This document shows positions 52,962-61,726 of a DNA stretch of 64,000 nt, piece after piece. Source of the stretch: a virus. Its lineage: Duplodnaviria > Caudoviricetes. The position numbers and the translations under genes were made by a program. The notes below the pieces were generated by a model. It was not told the origin of the DNA. It ran no database searches and was given only the letters and a program-made list of their open reading frames with translations. How positions within the stretch are numbered: the stretch's first letter is position 1; every line of letters begins with the position of its first letter. The stretch spans positions 1 through 64,000 of the IMG/VR virus record IMGVR_UViG_3300044842_000168; one strand, 5' to 3'.

Positions 52962-53167
52962 GCGCTCTCCTCTTCACGATGCCAATGGTTGAAGTCGTTC
53001 TGCTTGTGCAGCCAAGCGTGGTACAGCTCCCAGGCGGACCGGGCTGCCATCCTCTTGCCGTACCTGCCAAGCCATCGCATCCGAAGTGCGTCGGCATGGC
53101 GCTTCTCCAGATGGTTGATGAAGTGTTCGTCAGTCATACCAGCGACGGCCGGAACCACGATAGTCAC
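52958..53167 (-). CDS. hypothetical protein
   Basis: 69 aa, GTGA coupling. Confidence 0.6.
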   Translation of the reverse strand: MTIVVPAVAGMTDEHFINHLEKRHADALRMRWLGRYGKRMAARSAWELYHAWLHKQNDFNHWHREEESA

Positions 53168-53238
53168 GAAGGAGCCCTCTCGGGGGAGGCGGACCGGGGC
53201 GGCGACAGTCTACCGCCGCCCCGGTCCTACAGGCGAGG

Positions 53239-53937
53239 CTAGAACGGCGCCTCGTCGTCGTCCTCGTCCTCGTCCTCGTCCGGCTCGGGCTCGGCGCGCC
53301 GCCGCGCCTTCTTCGCCGGAGCCGCCTTCTTGCCGGCCTTCTTCGCGGGCCGGCGCGGCGGCTCGTCCTCCTCGTCCTCGTCCTCGACGTCCGCCACGGA
53401 CGGCTTCGCGGCCTTGCGGCCGGTGGCCTTCTTGCGGGCCGGCTTCGCGGTCTCCTCGTCCACCGGGGCGTAGCGGGTCGGCCGCAGCTTGTCGTCGTAC
53501 TCGCCGCCCTTGTCGACCTCCAGCTTCAGGCGCGAGCGCACCTGCAGGCCGTTCATCTTCAGCGAGCCGATCTTGGTGATGACCGGCGGCTCTTCGTCGT
53601 TCACGACGCAGCCGCCCGACACGAAGTCGTTGTAGTCCGCGCCGATCGCGTCCAGGAACGGCTTGAGCCGGAACAGCGTCGAGGGCAGGATGGTGATCCG
53701 GTCCCACACCGGGCACCCCACGTAGTCGGCCAGCTCCGGGTCGTCGTCGGGGTTGTTGAACGTCATGTGGATCACCAGCATGTCGTTCCCGGCGGACGAC
53801 TCGTCCACCTTGACCCAGTCGATGTCCAGAACGTACCAGCCGGGGGTGGGCAGCAGTTCGCCGTCGTAGTCGTCGAACCCGCCGACCTCGGTGTCCTCCA
53901 GCTCACGGGCCGAGATGTCGAACTTCATCTTGGGCAA
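53239..53937 (-). CDS. single-stranded DNA binding protein, DUF669-like
   Basis: PTPGWY...VDESSAGNDML, VWDRI; acidic tail ending DDEAPF; downstream of the Sak4-like gene. Confidence 0.75.
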   Translation of the reverse strand: MPKMKFDISARELEDTEVGGFDDYDGELLPTPGWYVLDIDWVKVDESSAGNDMLVIHMTFNNPDDDPELADYVGCPVWDRITILPSTLFRLKPFLDAIGADYNDFVSGGCVVNDEEPPVITKIGSLKMNGLQVRSRLKLEVDKGGEYDDKLRPTRYAPVDEETAKPARKKATGRKAAKPSVADVEDEDEEDEPPRRPAKKAGKKAAPAKKARRRAEPEPDEDEDEDDDEAPF

Positions 53938-53954
53938 CAGTTGCTCCTGGGTTG

Positions 53955-54755
53955 TCAGGCGGCCGGCGTGCGCCGGGTCCGCGTCTTCTTGGGTCCCTCG
54001 ATGAGGGAGATGAGGTCGGGGATGGTGGCGTCGTCCGTCCACCGTCCGAGCCGATCGAACTGGTCCTTGGCGAAGTACGGACCCCATGTCTGCCACAGAA
54101 TCCGCCGAACCGGCCTGCCCTCCTTGTTCTCTGCCACGGACATGTACCCCACCGCGTCCATCAGGCCGCAGACGTACTGGGAAACCATGCCCTTCTTACC
54201 ATCGAGGCCGGGCGCCACAACGTCCTCGCCGTCCTCGTCCTCTGACCGCGCCGGGTGCGCGAGCCAGAGCGTGTTGATCGGGGCGTCCACCATCTGTGCC
54301 ACCCAGTCCTCGAACATCAGGTGCCACTTGCCCCGGTCTTGCAGCGCGGGGATGTACTTGTCCCGCTTGGGGTTCGCGGCCACCACATCGTCGAGGATTG
54401 AGCGCAGCGCCTTCTTCTGGGTCGTATCGGCGGTGTCGATCACGATCCAGTCGAATGGCCGGTATGCCGGATCTTCGTTGGTGACCTTCTCCAGGATGTC
54501 GACCGCATCGAACCAGGTGTCAATCCGGCGCAGCTTCGCCTTTGACCCCTGACGCTTCGCAGCCTTCGCGCCCGGCTCGGCCGACGCGATGAGGGCGTTG
54601 GGCGCCGTACCGCCCAGCACCGTCTTGCCGACGCCCGAGTCCCCGTAGACCAGGAGGTTGTAGCTCTCGCCGAACTCCTCCAGATCCACGATCGCGGTGG
54701 CCCGAGGCGCCGTCTTCTCCGGTGCAGCGGGCCTTGCCCGCCTCTTAGGTGGCAC
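53955..54755 (-). CDS. Sak4/RecA-like AAA ATPase recombinase
   Basis: LVYGDSGVGKT, WIVIDT, WLAH, MDAVGYM, AKDQF. Confidence 0.85.
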   Translation of the reverse strand: MPPKRRARPAAPEKTAPRATAIVDLEEFGESYNLLVYGDSGVGKTVLGGTAPNALIASAEPGAKAAKRQGSKAKLRRIDTWFDAVDILEKVTNEDPAYRPFDWIVIDTADTTQKKALRSILDDVVAANPKRDKYIPALQDRGKWHLMFEDWVAQMVDAPINTLWLAHPARSEDEDGEDVVAPGLDGKKGMVSQYVCGLMDAVGYMSVAENKEGRPVRRILWQTWGPYFAKDQFDRLGRWTDDATIPDLISLIEGPKKTRTRRTPAA

Positions 54756-54915
54756 TATCGTCCTCCTTGCATTCCTTGTGGATCCAGCCACCGTCCTCTT
54801 CGGAGTTGACGATGCGGTCTCCGGGATAGATGCGCTCGCCACAGTCGGCGGCGCAGTCGCTCTCGTACTCGGCCTCGATGCCCTCGTCATCAAGAGAGAA
54901 CTTACGAATGGGCAT
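54745..54915 (-). CDS. small Zn-binding protein
   Basis: CAADCGERIYPGD...WIHKEC. Confidence 0.65.
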   Translation of the reverse strand: MPIRKFSLDDEGIEAEYESDCAADCGERIYPGDRIVNSEEDGGWIHKECKEDDSAT

Positions 54916-55132
54916 AGGGAACCAGCCGGTCGTAGTTGTCGTACAGGTAGTTGGAGCGGTACACACCATCGGAGGGCGAAGCGGTAGCGCCGTACCGGTA
55001 CCGCGCGACCCGCACGCCGTCACGTGATATGTACAGCTCCTCTCGGAAGATGGGCAGAGGGATCTCGTCGTCTGGATATTCTTCCCAGGCTCCGCCGACC
55101 GGGCCACCGTCGAAGATGATGGTGTGGCTCAC
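54902..55132 (-). CDS. hypothetical protein
   Basis: IIFDGGPVGG motif; GTGA coupling. Confidence 0.65.
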   Translation of the reverse strand: MSHTIIFDGGPVGGAWEEYPDDEIPLPIFREELYISRDGVRVARYRYGATASPSDGVYRSNYLYDNYDRLVPYAHS

Positions 55133-55476
55133 TTCATCACCACCCACTCGCTGACGTCCCACACGTTCTGTGGGCCGCCCTCGCGCCGGATCAGCCGGCA
55201 CGTCTCGACCTCGTGGAGGCAAGGGACCAGACGGTTGATCCGGACTGGCATGCGAATGCGAAGTGGTTCCCAGGGGGCGATACCGTCCTCAAAGGACGGT
55301 CCAGACTGCACCCAGAAGGCGAAGACGGCTGAGTTGCACCTCGGGCACGGCGGAGCCTTCGACAGCTGCTCTGTGCCCGGTCCGACCAGTCCGGGAGGGC
55401 AGAACAGCATGCCGCCCTCGTCACCTTCGAACTCGATTCCGACCGGCCCGGATGGGTTGCGTACCTTGATGATCAT
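55129..55476 (-). CDS. hypothetical protein with Zn ribbon
   Basis: CPRC...PCLH; ATGA coupling. Confidence 0.65.
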   Translation of the reverse strand: MIIKVRNPSGPVGIEFEGDEGGMLFCPPGLVGPGTEQLSKAPPCPRCNSAVFAFWVQSGPSFEDGIAPWEPLRIRMPVRINRLVPCLHEVETCRLIRREGGPQNVWDVSEWVVMK

Positions 55477-55820
55477 GGTTGCTGTGGCCACCCGCCTTCC
55501 CAGCTCGCGATGTGCGTCCACTCGTACAGGTAGTGCTCCGGCGCCGCGTCGAGATCCATAACACAGAAGTCGGGCATGGTGGTCTTGAGCGAGACGCGCG
55601 ACACGAAGTGTCCGCACGGCTCGACCATGATCAGACCCCAGGACTTGCGGAACTCGTTGAACTTCCCCCAGCCAGCCCGTGTGAAGTAGCGGAGTTCCTC
55701 CACTTCTTCGCCGCACGTTGGACAGGATGCCTCGCCCCGGTTGGTTATCGGCGTGGCCTCGACCGCCTTGACCACGAGGTCGCCAACGGACAGGGCCACT
55801 TCTTTGAGCTGCAGGCTCAC
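55473..55820 (-). CDS. hypothetical protein with Zn ribbon
   Basis: CPTC...PCGH. Confidence 0.65.
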   Translation of the reverse strand: MSLQLKEVALSVGDLVVKAVEATPITNRGEASCPTCGEEVEELRYFTRAGWGKFNEFRKSWGLIMVEPCGHFVSRVSLKTTMPDFCVMDLDAAPEHYLYEWTHIASWEGGWPQQP

Positions 55821-56002
55821 TGAACCTCCTCGCCGGCCGCGTCCTTCTCGGTCATGTTCACGATCCGAGCCTTGATCTCCTCCAGCCGATCGCAGATGTA
55901 GTCCGCGTCGGCCGGATAGATGCGCCCCATAGCGAGCGCCCGACGGGTCCGCCGAAGCAGCCTATCAGCCTCGGCGGTCCCGTTGACCTTGAGCGTCTTC
56001 AC
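55817..56002 (-). CDS. small hypothetical protein
   Basis: MKTLKVNG..., 61 aa, coupled at both ends. Confidence 0.65.
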   Translation of the reverse strand: MKTLKVNGTAEADRLLRRTRRALAMGRIYPADADYICDRLEEIKARIVNMTEKDAAGEEVQ

Positions 56003-56781
56003 TGCTTGGCCCTCCGGGCCAGACCGTGGTTGAGGAACCAGTCCACGAACGAGACGATGATGAAGTGCCGGCCGGCGTTCGTGTTGCGCTGCACCGACTG
56101 GAGCTTGAACCGGAACGCCTTCAGGAACTCGGCGTCTTCCTTGATGGTCTTGACGATGACGTCGGTGGGCACGCCGTTCACTTTCGCCTGCCAGAAGGCG
56201 ACGCCGAACCACGCCGAGATGTCCGGCTTGGGGTCGACACCGGCCCGCCGGCACAGATCCCGTCCGTTGGCCTCGCCCCACTCCCAGGCGTGCATCAGCC
56301 CGGAGCCGGACCGGCTCAGCGAGTCCTTCCGCTCCTGCAGGAACGGCAGCAGCTCCTCCTTGTCCTTCGGGTACCGGCCGGCGTTGTAACTCGCGAACAG
56401 CGTGCGGGCGAAGGCGTAGAACGACGTGGCCTGGTTCCAGAAGCGCTCCGGCAGGATCGCCCGCGCGACCACGTACGCCTCGGCTGGGGACGTCCGCGCC
56501 GTCTCGCTCGGCTCGCCCCCGTTCCGGTGCTTCGGCTGCGCCTTGCTGGGGTTCCACCCGCCCTCGATCACCTTGAGCCGGCCGACTACGCCGTCCAGCG
56601 TCTCGTGCAACAGCGCGCAGTGCTCCTCCAACTGCGTGACCCGGGCGTAGAGGTTGCTGGTGCTGTCGCTGACCGCCTCGGCAAAGTTGTTGAGGTCGGG
56701 ACCCAAAGTGCCCTCATACTCCTTGAGGGCGTCCCCCCTCTCCATCAGCGCCATGATCCTGTCGTCGTCCTCAGTCTTCAC
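55999..56781 (-). CDS. hypothetical protein (coiled-coil N-terminus, helical C-terminus)
   Basis: 260 aa with biased codons, inside the replication module. Confidence 0.75.
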   Translation of the reverse strand: MKTEDDDRIMALMERGDALKEYEGTLGPDLNNFAEAVSDSTSNLYARVTQLEEHCALLHETLDGVVGRLKVIEGGWNPSKAQPKHRNGGEPSETARTSPAEAYVVARAILPERFWNQATSFYAFARTLFASYNAGRYPKDKEELLPFLQERKDSLSRSGSGLMHAWEWGEANGRDLCRRAGVDPKPDISAWFGVAFWQAKVNGVPTDVIVKTIKEDAEFLKAFRFKLQSVQRNTNAGRHFIIVSFVDWFLNHGLARRAKQ

Positions 56782-57907
56782 CTTGCGTCTCCTCTCGATG
56801 GTCCGCGTACGGGTCCTCCACCCGATACGCGGACTGCTTGAAGTGCTCCCAACCCGGAGCCTGCGAGTCGTGCAATACGCACAAGTCGAAGAACTCGCAG
56901 CTGCCGCAGTTGGAGGTCGTGTGCTTGACCAGAGGGAGTTGCTTACGGCGCACAGCCTCCATCCACAGCGCCTCCTCCTGGATCTTGCGAATCTGTTGCG
57001 CCCGTTGGCGAGCGGTCTTGACTACCAGCTTCCGCTCGAACAGCGGGCGCGGCTGTGCCTTGGACCGGTCGCCCAGCACCGTCAGCCCCCGGCGCGCGGC
57101 GATCTCAGCCATGCCAGCGAGCGTCAGCGAGCGCGAGACGTCGGGCATGGCCGCCAGATAGTGCTCCTTCTTGGGCTGGTTGGTGGCGTACCCCTCCGCG
57201 TCGCGCGGCCGGTCGTCGGGCAGCGCTTTCCGGAGGTAGTTGTAGGTGATGCCCTTGAGCTTCGTTCCGGCCGGCACTAGTCCTTGGTGGATGATGGTCT
57301 GGGCTGCAACGGCGAAGTACGAGCCGGCCTGGTCGTCCAGCTCCAGATGCGATCCGTTGGGGATGGAGCTGGCTGTTTTGTGCTCCATGAGGAACAGGTC
57401 GCCGTTACGGGTGGCGAGGTCGCGGTACACCCCGTCGTACGTCAGGCAGTAGATCACGATGGCCTCACCCGGCTTCGTCGGGTGTGGGATGTCGATCTGT
57501 GTGGAGTACTCGGGCTGGATGACGTGCCAGTTGTCGTCGCGCCCGTACTCCTTGACGTACTCCCCCAGCAACACCTCGCCGAGTTCAGCAGCCTCCACCA
57601 TACGTTCTTCGGTGAAGTACTCGCCGGCCGAGGTATCAGCAGCCTTCGCCACGGACCGGACGAAGGTGGGCTCGGCGAACTTGGAGCAGTACTCCCGCCA
57701 CGTCTCTACCGGGTGCGGTCCGCGCTTCCGCCCGGGGCCGCAGTACCACTCAGCAAGCGCGAGGTGTACGCCCGTGCCGAACCAGAAGGCGTCGCGCGGC
57801 CGGCCCTTCGGCACGAGCCCTTCGCGCCAGCTCCACCACCACTTCTGGGGACACTGCTTGAACGTCCGGCGCTCACTCGTCCGGAGGAACGGAACGCGGC
57901 GGCTCAC
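56771..57907 (-). CDS. PD-(D/E)XK exonuclease (RecB/Cas4-like)
   Basis: SERRTFKQCP, GTGVHLAL, TYDGVY, LMEHKT, QAGSY, C..CEFFDLC. Confidence 0.88.
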   Translation of the reverse strand: MSRRVPFLRTSERRTFKQCPQKWWWSWREGLVPKGRPRDAFWFGTGVHLALAEWYCGPGRKRGPHPVETWREYCSKFAEPTFVRSVAKAADTSAGEYFTEERMVEAAELGEVLLGEYVKEYGRDDNWHVIQPEYSTQIDIPHPTKPGEAIVIYCLTYDGVYRDLATRNGDLFLMEHKTASSIPNGSHLELDDQAGSYFAVAAQTIIHQGLVPAGTKLKGITYNYLRKALPDDRPRDAEGYATNQPKKEHYLAAMPDVSRSLTLAGMAEIAARRGLTVLGDRSKAQPRPLFERKLVVKTARQRAQQIRKIQEEALWMEAVRRKQLPLVKHTTSNCGSCEFFDLCVLHDSQAPGWEHFKQSAYRVEDPYADHREETQGED

Positions 57908-58131
57908 GGGCGACCCCGCTTCTTCAGCGAGTAGGCCGAGTGCAAGCAGGTACCGATCGGGTACGGCCCGTTGCAGATCAGGTAGGACTTGTTGGGGTCG
58001 CAGTGGCGCGGCGCCACCTGCCACCGACGCATCTCGCTTCGGTAGTACTGCCAGATTTCGGCCTTCGTCCACCCGCGTTCGTCCGGAAGCTCGCGATGGA
58101 ACCACCGATAGGCCGCTGTACGCCGGCTCAT
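57904..58131 (-). CDS. hypothetical protein
   Basis: 75 aa, GGAGG RBS. Confidence 0.6.
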   Translation of the reverse strand: MSRRTAAYRWFHRELPDERGWTKAEIWQYYRSEMRRWQVAPRHCDPNKSYLICNGPYPIGTCLHSAYSLKKRGRP

Positions 58132-58239
58132 GCGTCCTCCTCTCCCGATAGGAGGGGCCAGGAAACCACCCTAGAATGGCCTCCTGGCCCCGAACGGCCG
58201 GCGCGGGTCTTCCCCTCCCCTACCGGCCCTCGGCAGCGC

Positions 58240-58707
58240 CTAGAACGGCGCCTCCAGCTCCTCGTCCTCGTCCGCGTCGTCCTCGGCCGGCGCCGCGCGC
58301 CGCCGGGACTTGGCCGCCGTCTTCTTCGCGGCCTTGGCCGGGCGCGGGGCACCCTTGCGGGCGCGCTTCGGGGCCGGCGCCTCCTCCTCGGCCTCCTCCT
58401 CGGCCTCCTCCAGCTCCTCGGCCGCCTCCTCGGCCTTCTTGGCCGCCTTCTTCTTGGCCTTGGCCTTGGCCGGCGCGTCGTCGGTCCGCAGCGCGGCCAG
58501 CCGCTCCTGGTTGGCCTCGGACTTCTGGTGCTCCATCCGGAGCGCCACCGTCAGCTTCACGCCCATGGCGAACGCCTCGGCCTTGGTCCGGGCCTTGGTC
58601 GGGTCGTACTCCGTCACCTCCTGCAGCCAGTCGGTGATGTGCTCCTGCAGCGCGGTCGGCGCCTTGTCGACGTACGCCGTGTAGTCCTTGGCCTCGCTCT
58701 TCGCCAT
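58240..58707 (-). CDS. Lys/Ala/Glu-rich protein with acidic ...ELEAPF tail
   Basis: 155 aa; AKKAAKK tracts; strongly biased codons. Confidence 0.8.
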   Translation of the reverse strand: MAKSEAKDYTAYVDKAPTALQEHITDWLQEVTEYDPTKARTKAEAFAMGVKLTVALRMEHQKSEANQERLAALRTDDAPAKAKAKKKAAKKAEEAAEELEEAEEEAEEEAPAPKRARKGAPRPAKAAKKTAAKSRRRAAPAEDDADEDEELEAPF

Positions 58708-58832
58708 GGGTTTCCCTTCCGTCTCGGCGAACCTTACCGTGTGATCTCGAATGCCGCTAGAAGTGACTACTTTTTGATCACTTTTACCAGCTGCATATCA
58801 CAGCGACCGGGCAAGCCTACCTGATGCAGTGG

Positions 58833-59306
58833 TTATGCCGAAACCTTGTAGGCCAGACATTCGACCTTGACCTGGATATACTGCTCGCTGAACAGCTCTT
58901 CCATCCCGGGCATGGGCGTCAGGCCCTCGGTTGCGTCGTGGACGCGAAAGCCGGGGATCAGCGTGTACCCTTCGTCCCCCAGCTCGATGAAGCACTTTCG
59001 GATGACGCCGTCGATCGCGTTGGCAGCGAGAAACACCAGATCCTTCTTATCCAGTGCATCCTTCTCCAGCTCTCGTGACGCGGTCCAGGTGTAGACGCAC
59101 CTATTAACTTGTAGGCCCTGGAATGCGTAGATGATGTGGCCGTGCACCAGGTCACGGAGCCCGGTTATGTGGTACGCAGCGTACCTCGGTCGCGGTGAGC
59201 CCTCCTCGTACTGTTGCATCACGTACGGTCTGTGGCTTGCCACAGCGTCGTGCGGGAGGTCGTGCACATCACCGTTCCTCGGACCTCCTACCAGCAACAC
59301 CCTCAC
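58833..59306 (-). CDS. hypothetical protein
   Basis: VLLVGGPRNG motif; GGAGG RBS, GTGA coupling. Confidence 0.65.
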   Translation of the reverse strand: MRVLLVGGPRNGDVHDLPHDAVASHRPYVMQQYEEGSPRPRYAAYHITGLRDLVHGHIIYAFQGLQVNRCVYTWTASRELEKDALDKKDLVFLAANAIDGVIRKCFIELGDEGYTLIPGFRVHDATEGLTPMPGMEELFSEQYIQVKVECLAYKVSA

Positions 59307-61174
59307 AGCATCCTCCTCTCCAGCACAGCCTTCTGCACTGCGTCTGCGGTCAGGTTCCCGGCAGCGATCCGTTCCTCCACGGTGTTCCGCGACCGGAGGT
59401 AGTAGTACGTGACCGGGCGCGGCCGGCTCACGCGGTGGATCCGGTCCTCCAGCTGTTCCTGGTCGTCCGGCACCCATGTCTCGTCACAGATGATCATCTC
59501 GTCTGCGAGGTCGAGGGTGATTGCCACGCCGCCGGCCGTCGTGTTGATGAGCATGATCCGCCGGCCGCCCTCATACTGGAACTCCTCGACAGCGGCCTGC
59601 CGCCGGCTACCGGTGATCTTCCCGGTGATGCGGAGAGGATCGATGCCGGACTTCAGGTAGATCTGGGAGGCAATCCAGTCGATGACGGTGGTGAACTGAG
59701 AGGCGATCACGATCTTGGAGCCGGCTACCGGGTCGTCCAGCATCCCGCGTTCGTCCAGCGCCTCCAGTATCCAGGCGAGCTTGTTGCTGGGCGCTGCCGG
59801 CTCGAAGTTTCCAGCTTCGTCGTACCGACCGAACGCCGAGGCGAACTGGCGGAGTCGGGTGTACTCCGCTAGCACCCCTACCGCGTCCAGCTCACCATTC
59901 TCGATCCGGGCGCGGGCCGTCTTCTCCATCGAGGCGTACGCCTTCGCCTGCTTCGGCTCCATATCCAGCCATACGCCGACCGGGCCGTCTCCACCACCGA
60001 GCGGCTCGCCCGCGTACGTCTTGGGCGGGAGATCAGGGGCGACCTCGGCCTTGGTCCGCCGAAGCATCAGCCCCTGCAGGCTCTCACGAAGCTCGGGCAA
60101 GCGGTCGGCCCTTGGGCCGCCGATGACCTCCCCGAAGCCGTTGGAGGTGACTTCGAAGAAGCGCTCTTTCCACGCCGTGAAGCCTCGGTAGCGGTCCGGG
60201 TCCAGCCAGTTGAGCGTGCCGAAGAGGTAATGCGGCTTACCGCGCATGGGCGTACCTGAGAGAGCCACGCGCAGGCCATTAGGGGCCAGCCGAAGCCGCA
60301 CGGCACCCTCTCTCGCGAGCGTCTTCCAGCCCGAGGTCCGACACAGCACGCGGTGGCTCTCATCGATGATGATGGCGCCCCACTCGCGGGCGAACAGCTC
60401 CGGCCACCCATGCTCGACCTCGACGCGGACCTTCTTGGGGTCGTGGCCACAGTCCACCACACTCGACTTCGGACGGTCTGTGGCGCGCCACCGGCTTCCG
60501 CAGAAGCGACAGACCCAATCCACCTTCGTCCGCAGCATCTCTGGATTCACGATGATCCAGCTGTAGGGATGGTGAATGGCGGCCTCGGCCTCTTCAGCGA
60601 ACTGCTTCAAAGCCCACTCGCGAATCGGCCGGCTTCCCGCGATGGGGATTACTCGGTGCGTTCCGGAAGTCCACCGTTCGACCTCGCCGGGCCACACAGC
60701 GGTCACGGCGGTAGCCGGCGCCACGACCAGATATGGCCCAGGTACGCCCGACTCGATCACCCCGCCTATGGATTGGATGGTCTTGCCGAGACCGGGCTGG
60801 TCCGCGAGCAGCGCCCGGCGTGAGTCCGCCAAGAACCGGATTCCCACTCGCTGGTACGGTCGCGTCGCGGTGGCTTGGCGGATCGCGCCGGGTGACCGGG
60901 GCAGCAGGAGCGTCTCTCCTGTGGAGCCGGCGAGGTCGGTGAAGTAGGCCGTCTTGGCGCGCTCGGCCTTGGCCCAGGCCCACAGCCGGCGCCCGATCTC
61001 CAGCCCATCGCCGAACACCTCGCGCGTCGCCAGGCAGGAAGCCATAGACAGCGGAACGCTCCAGACGCCTCGCTTGTTGCTCCAGTAGGCGCCTGGAATC
61101 CGCTCCTTGAGTCGGATGGGGCGCTCGGTGGTGATGATGATGCGCTTCCCACCCAGCTCCGCGCGAGCCCTCAT
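59303..61174 (-). CDS. SNF2-family (SF2) helicase
   Basis: DQPGLGKT, IIDESH, LSGTPM, GGVAITL, QLEDRIHR. Confidence 0.92.
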   Translation of the reverse strand: MRARAELGGKRIIITTERPIRLKERIPGAYWSNKRGVWSVPLSMASCLATREVFGDGLEIGRRLWAWAKAERAKTAYFTDLAGSTGETLLLPRSPGAIRQATATRPYQRVGIRFLADSRRALLADQPGLGKTIQSIGGVIESGVPGPYLVVAPATAVTAVWPGEVERWTSGTHRVIPIAGSRPIREWALKQFAEEAEAAIHHPYSWIIVNPEMLRTKVDWVCRFCGSRWRATDRPKSSVVDCGHDPKKVRVEVEHGWPELFAREWGAIIIDESHRVLCRTSGWKTLAREGAVRLRLAPNGLRVALSGTPMRGKPHYLFGTLNWLDPDRYRGFTAWKERFFEVTSNGFGEVIGGPRADRLPELRESLQGLMLRRTKAEVAPDLPPKTYAGEPLGGGDGPVGVWLDMEPKQAKAYASMEKTARARIENGELDAVGVLAEYTRLRQFASAFGRYDEAGNFEPAAPSNKLAWILEALDERGMLDDPVAGSKIVIASQFTTVIDWIASQIYLKSGIDPLRITGKITGSRRQAAVEEFQYEGGRRIMLINTTAGGVAITLDLADEMIICDETWVPDDQEQLEDRIHRVSRPRPVTYYYLRSRNTVEERIAAGNLTADAVQKAVLERRML

Positions 61175-61176
61175 GG

Positions 61177-61692
61177 TTACACCTTCTCCAGATATCCGCG
61201 CCGCTCCAGCTCCTCCTGGAGCTTCGAAACCCTATCGGACACCTGAGCGATGTCGGCCTTGCGCTCAACGTTCTCCTTGCGCAGCTTCTCCACGCGGCGG
61301 TTCAGGATCTCTTGCTGCTGCGCCAGCATGGCTTGCCGGTTGCGCATCTGTCGAACCTCTTCGCGTGTCAGAAGCTGGATATCAGTTCCCTCCAGGATCT
61401 CCTGGGCACGCTTGATCCGGCGCCGGGCGCGAATCTGTTGCTTGTGCGAAAGCCGGTCGTGCTCCCGAGCCTCCACCATCCGGTATCCGACGCCTCGGAC
61501 GTTTTCCAGCGTTCGCTTGTGCGATCGCTCCAGCTCACGAACGGCGCGCCCGACCGGGATGTACACACCACGTCGCGGAAGCTTCAGGATCTTCTGCAGC
61601 CTCTCGAACTTGATGACATCGCCGATATCCATCTTGGCAATGACCTCATAGACCAGCTCCCACTGGCTTTTCAGGCCCTTCGGCTCAAACAT
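61177..61692 (-). CDS. winged-helix-like plus coiled-coil protein flanking the GGY-NN array
   Basis: 171 aa; AVRELER..KRTLENVRGVGYR wing-like motif followed by a long helix. Confidence 0.7.
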   Translation of the reverse strand: MFEPKGLKSQWELVYEVIAKMDIGDVIKFERLQKILKLPRRGVYIPVGRAVRELERSHKRTLENVRGVGYRMVEAREHDRLSHKQQIRARRRIKRAQEILEGTDIQLLTREEVRQMRNRQAMLAQQQEILNRRVEKLRKENVERKADIAQVSDRVSKLQEELERRGYLEKV

Positions 61693-61726
61693 ACCATATT
61701 CCTGTCAACAGTCGGTTTGGGATCCC

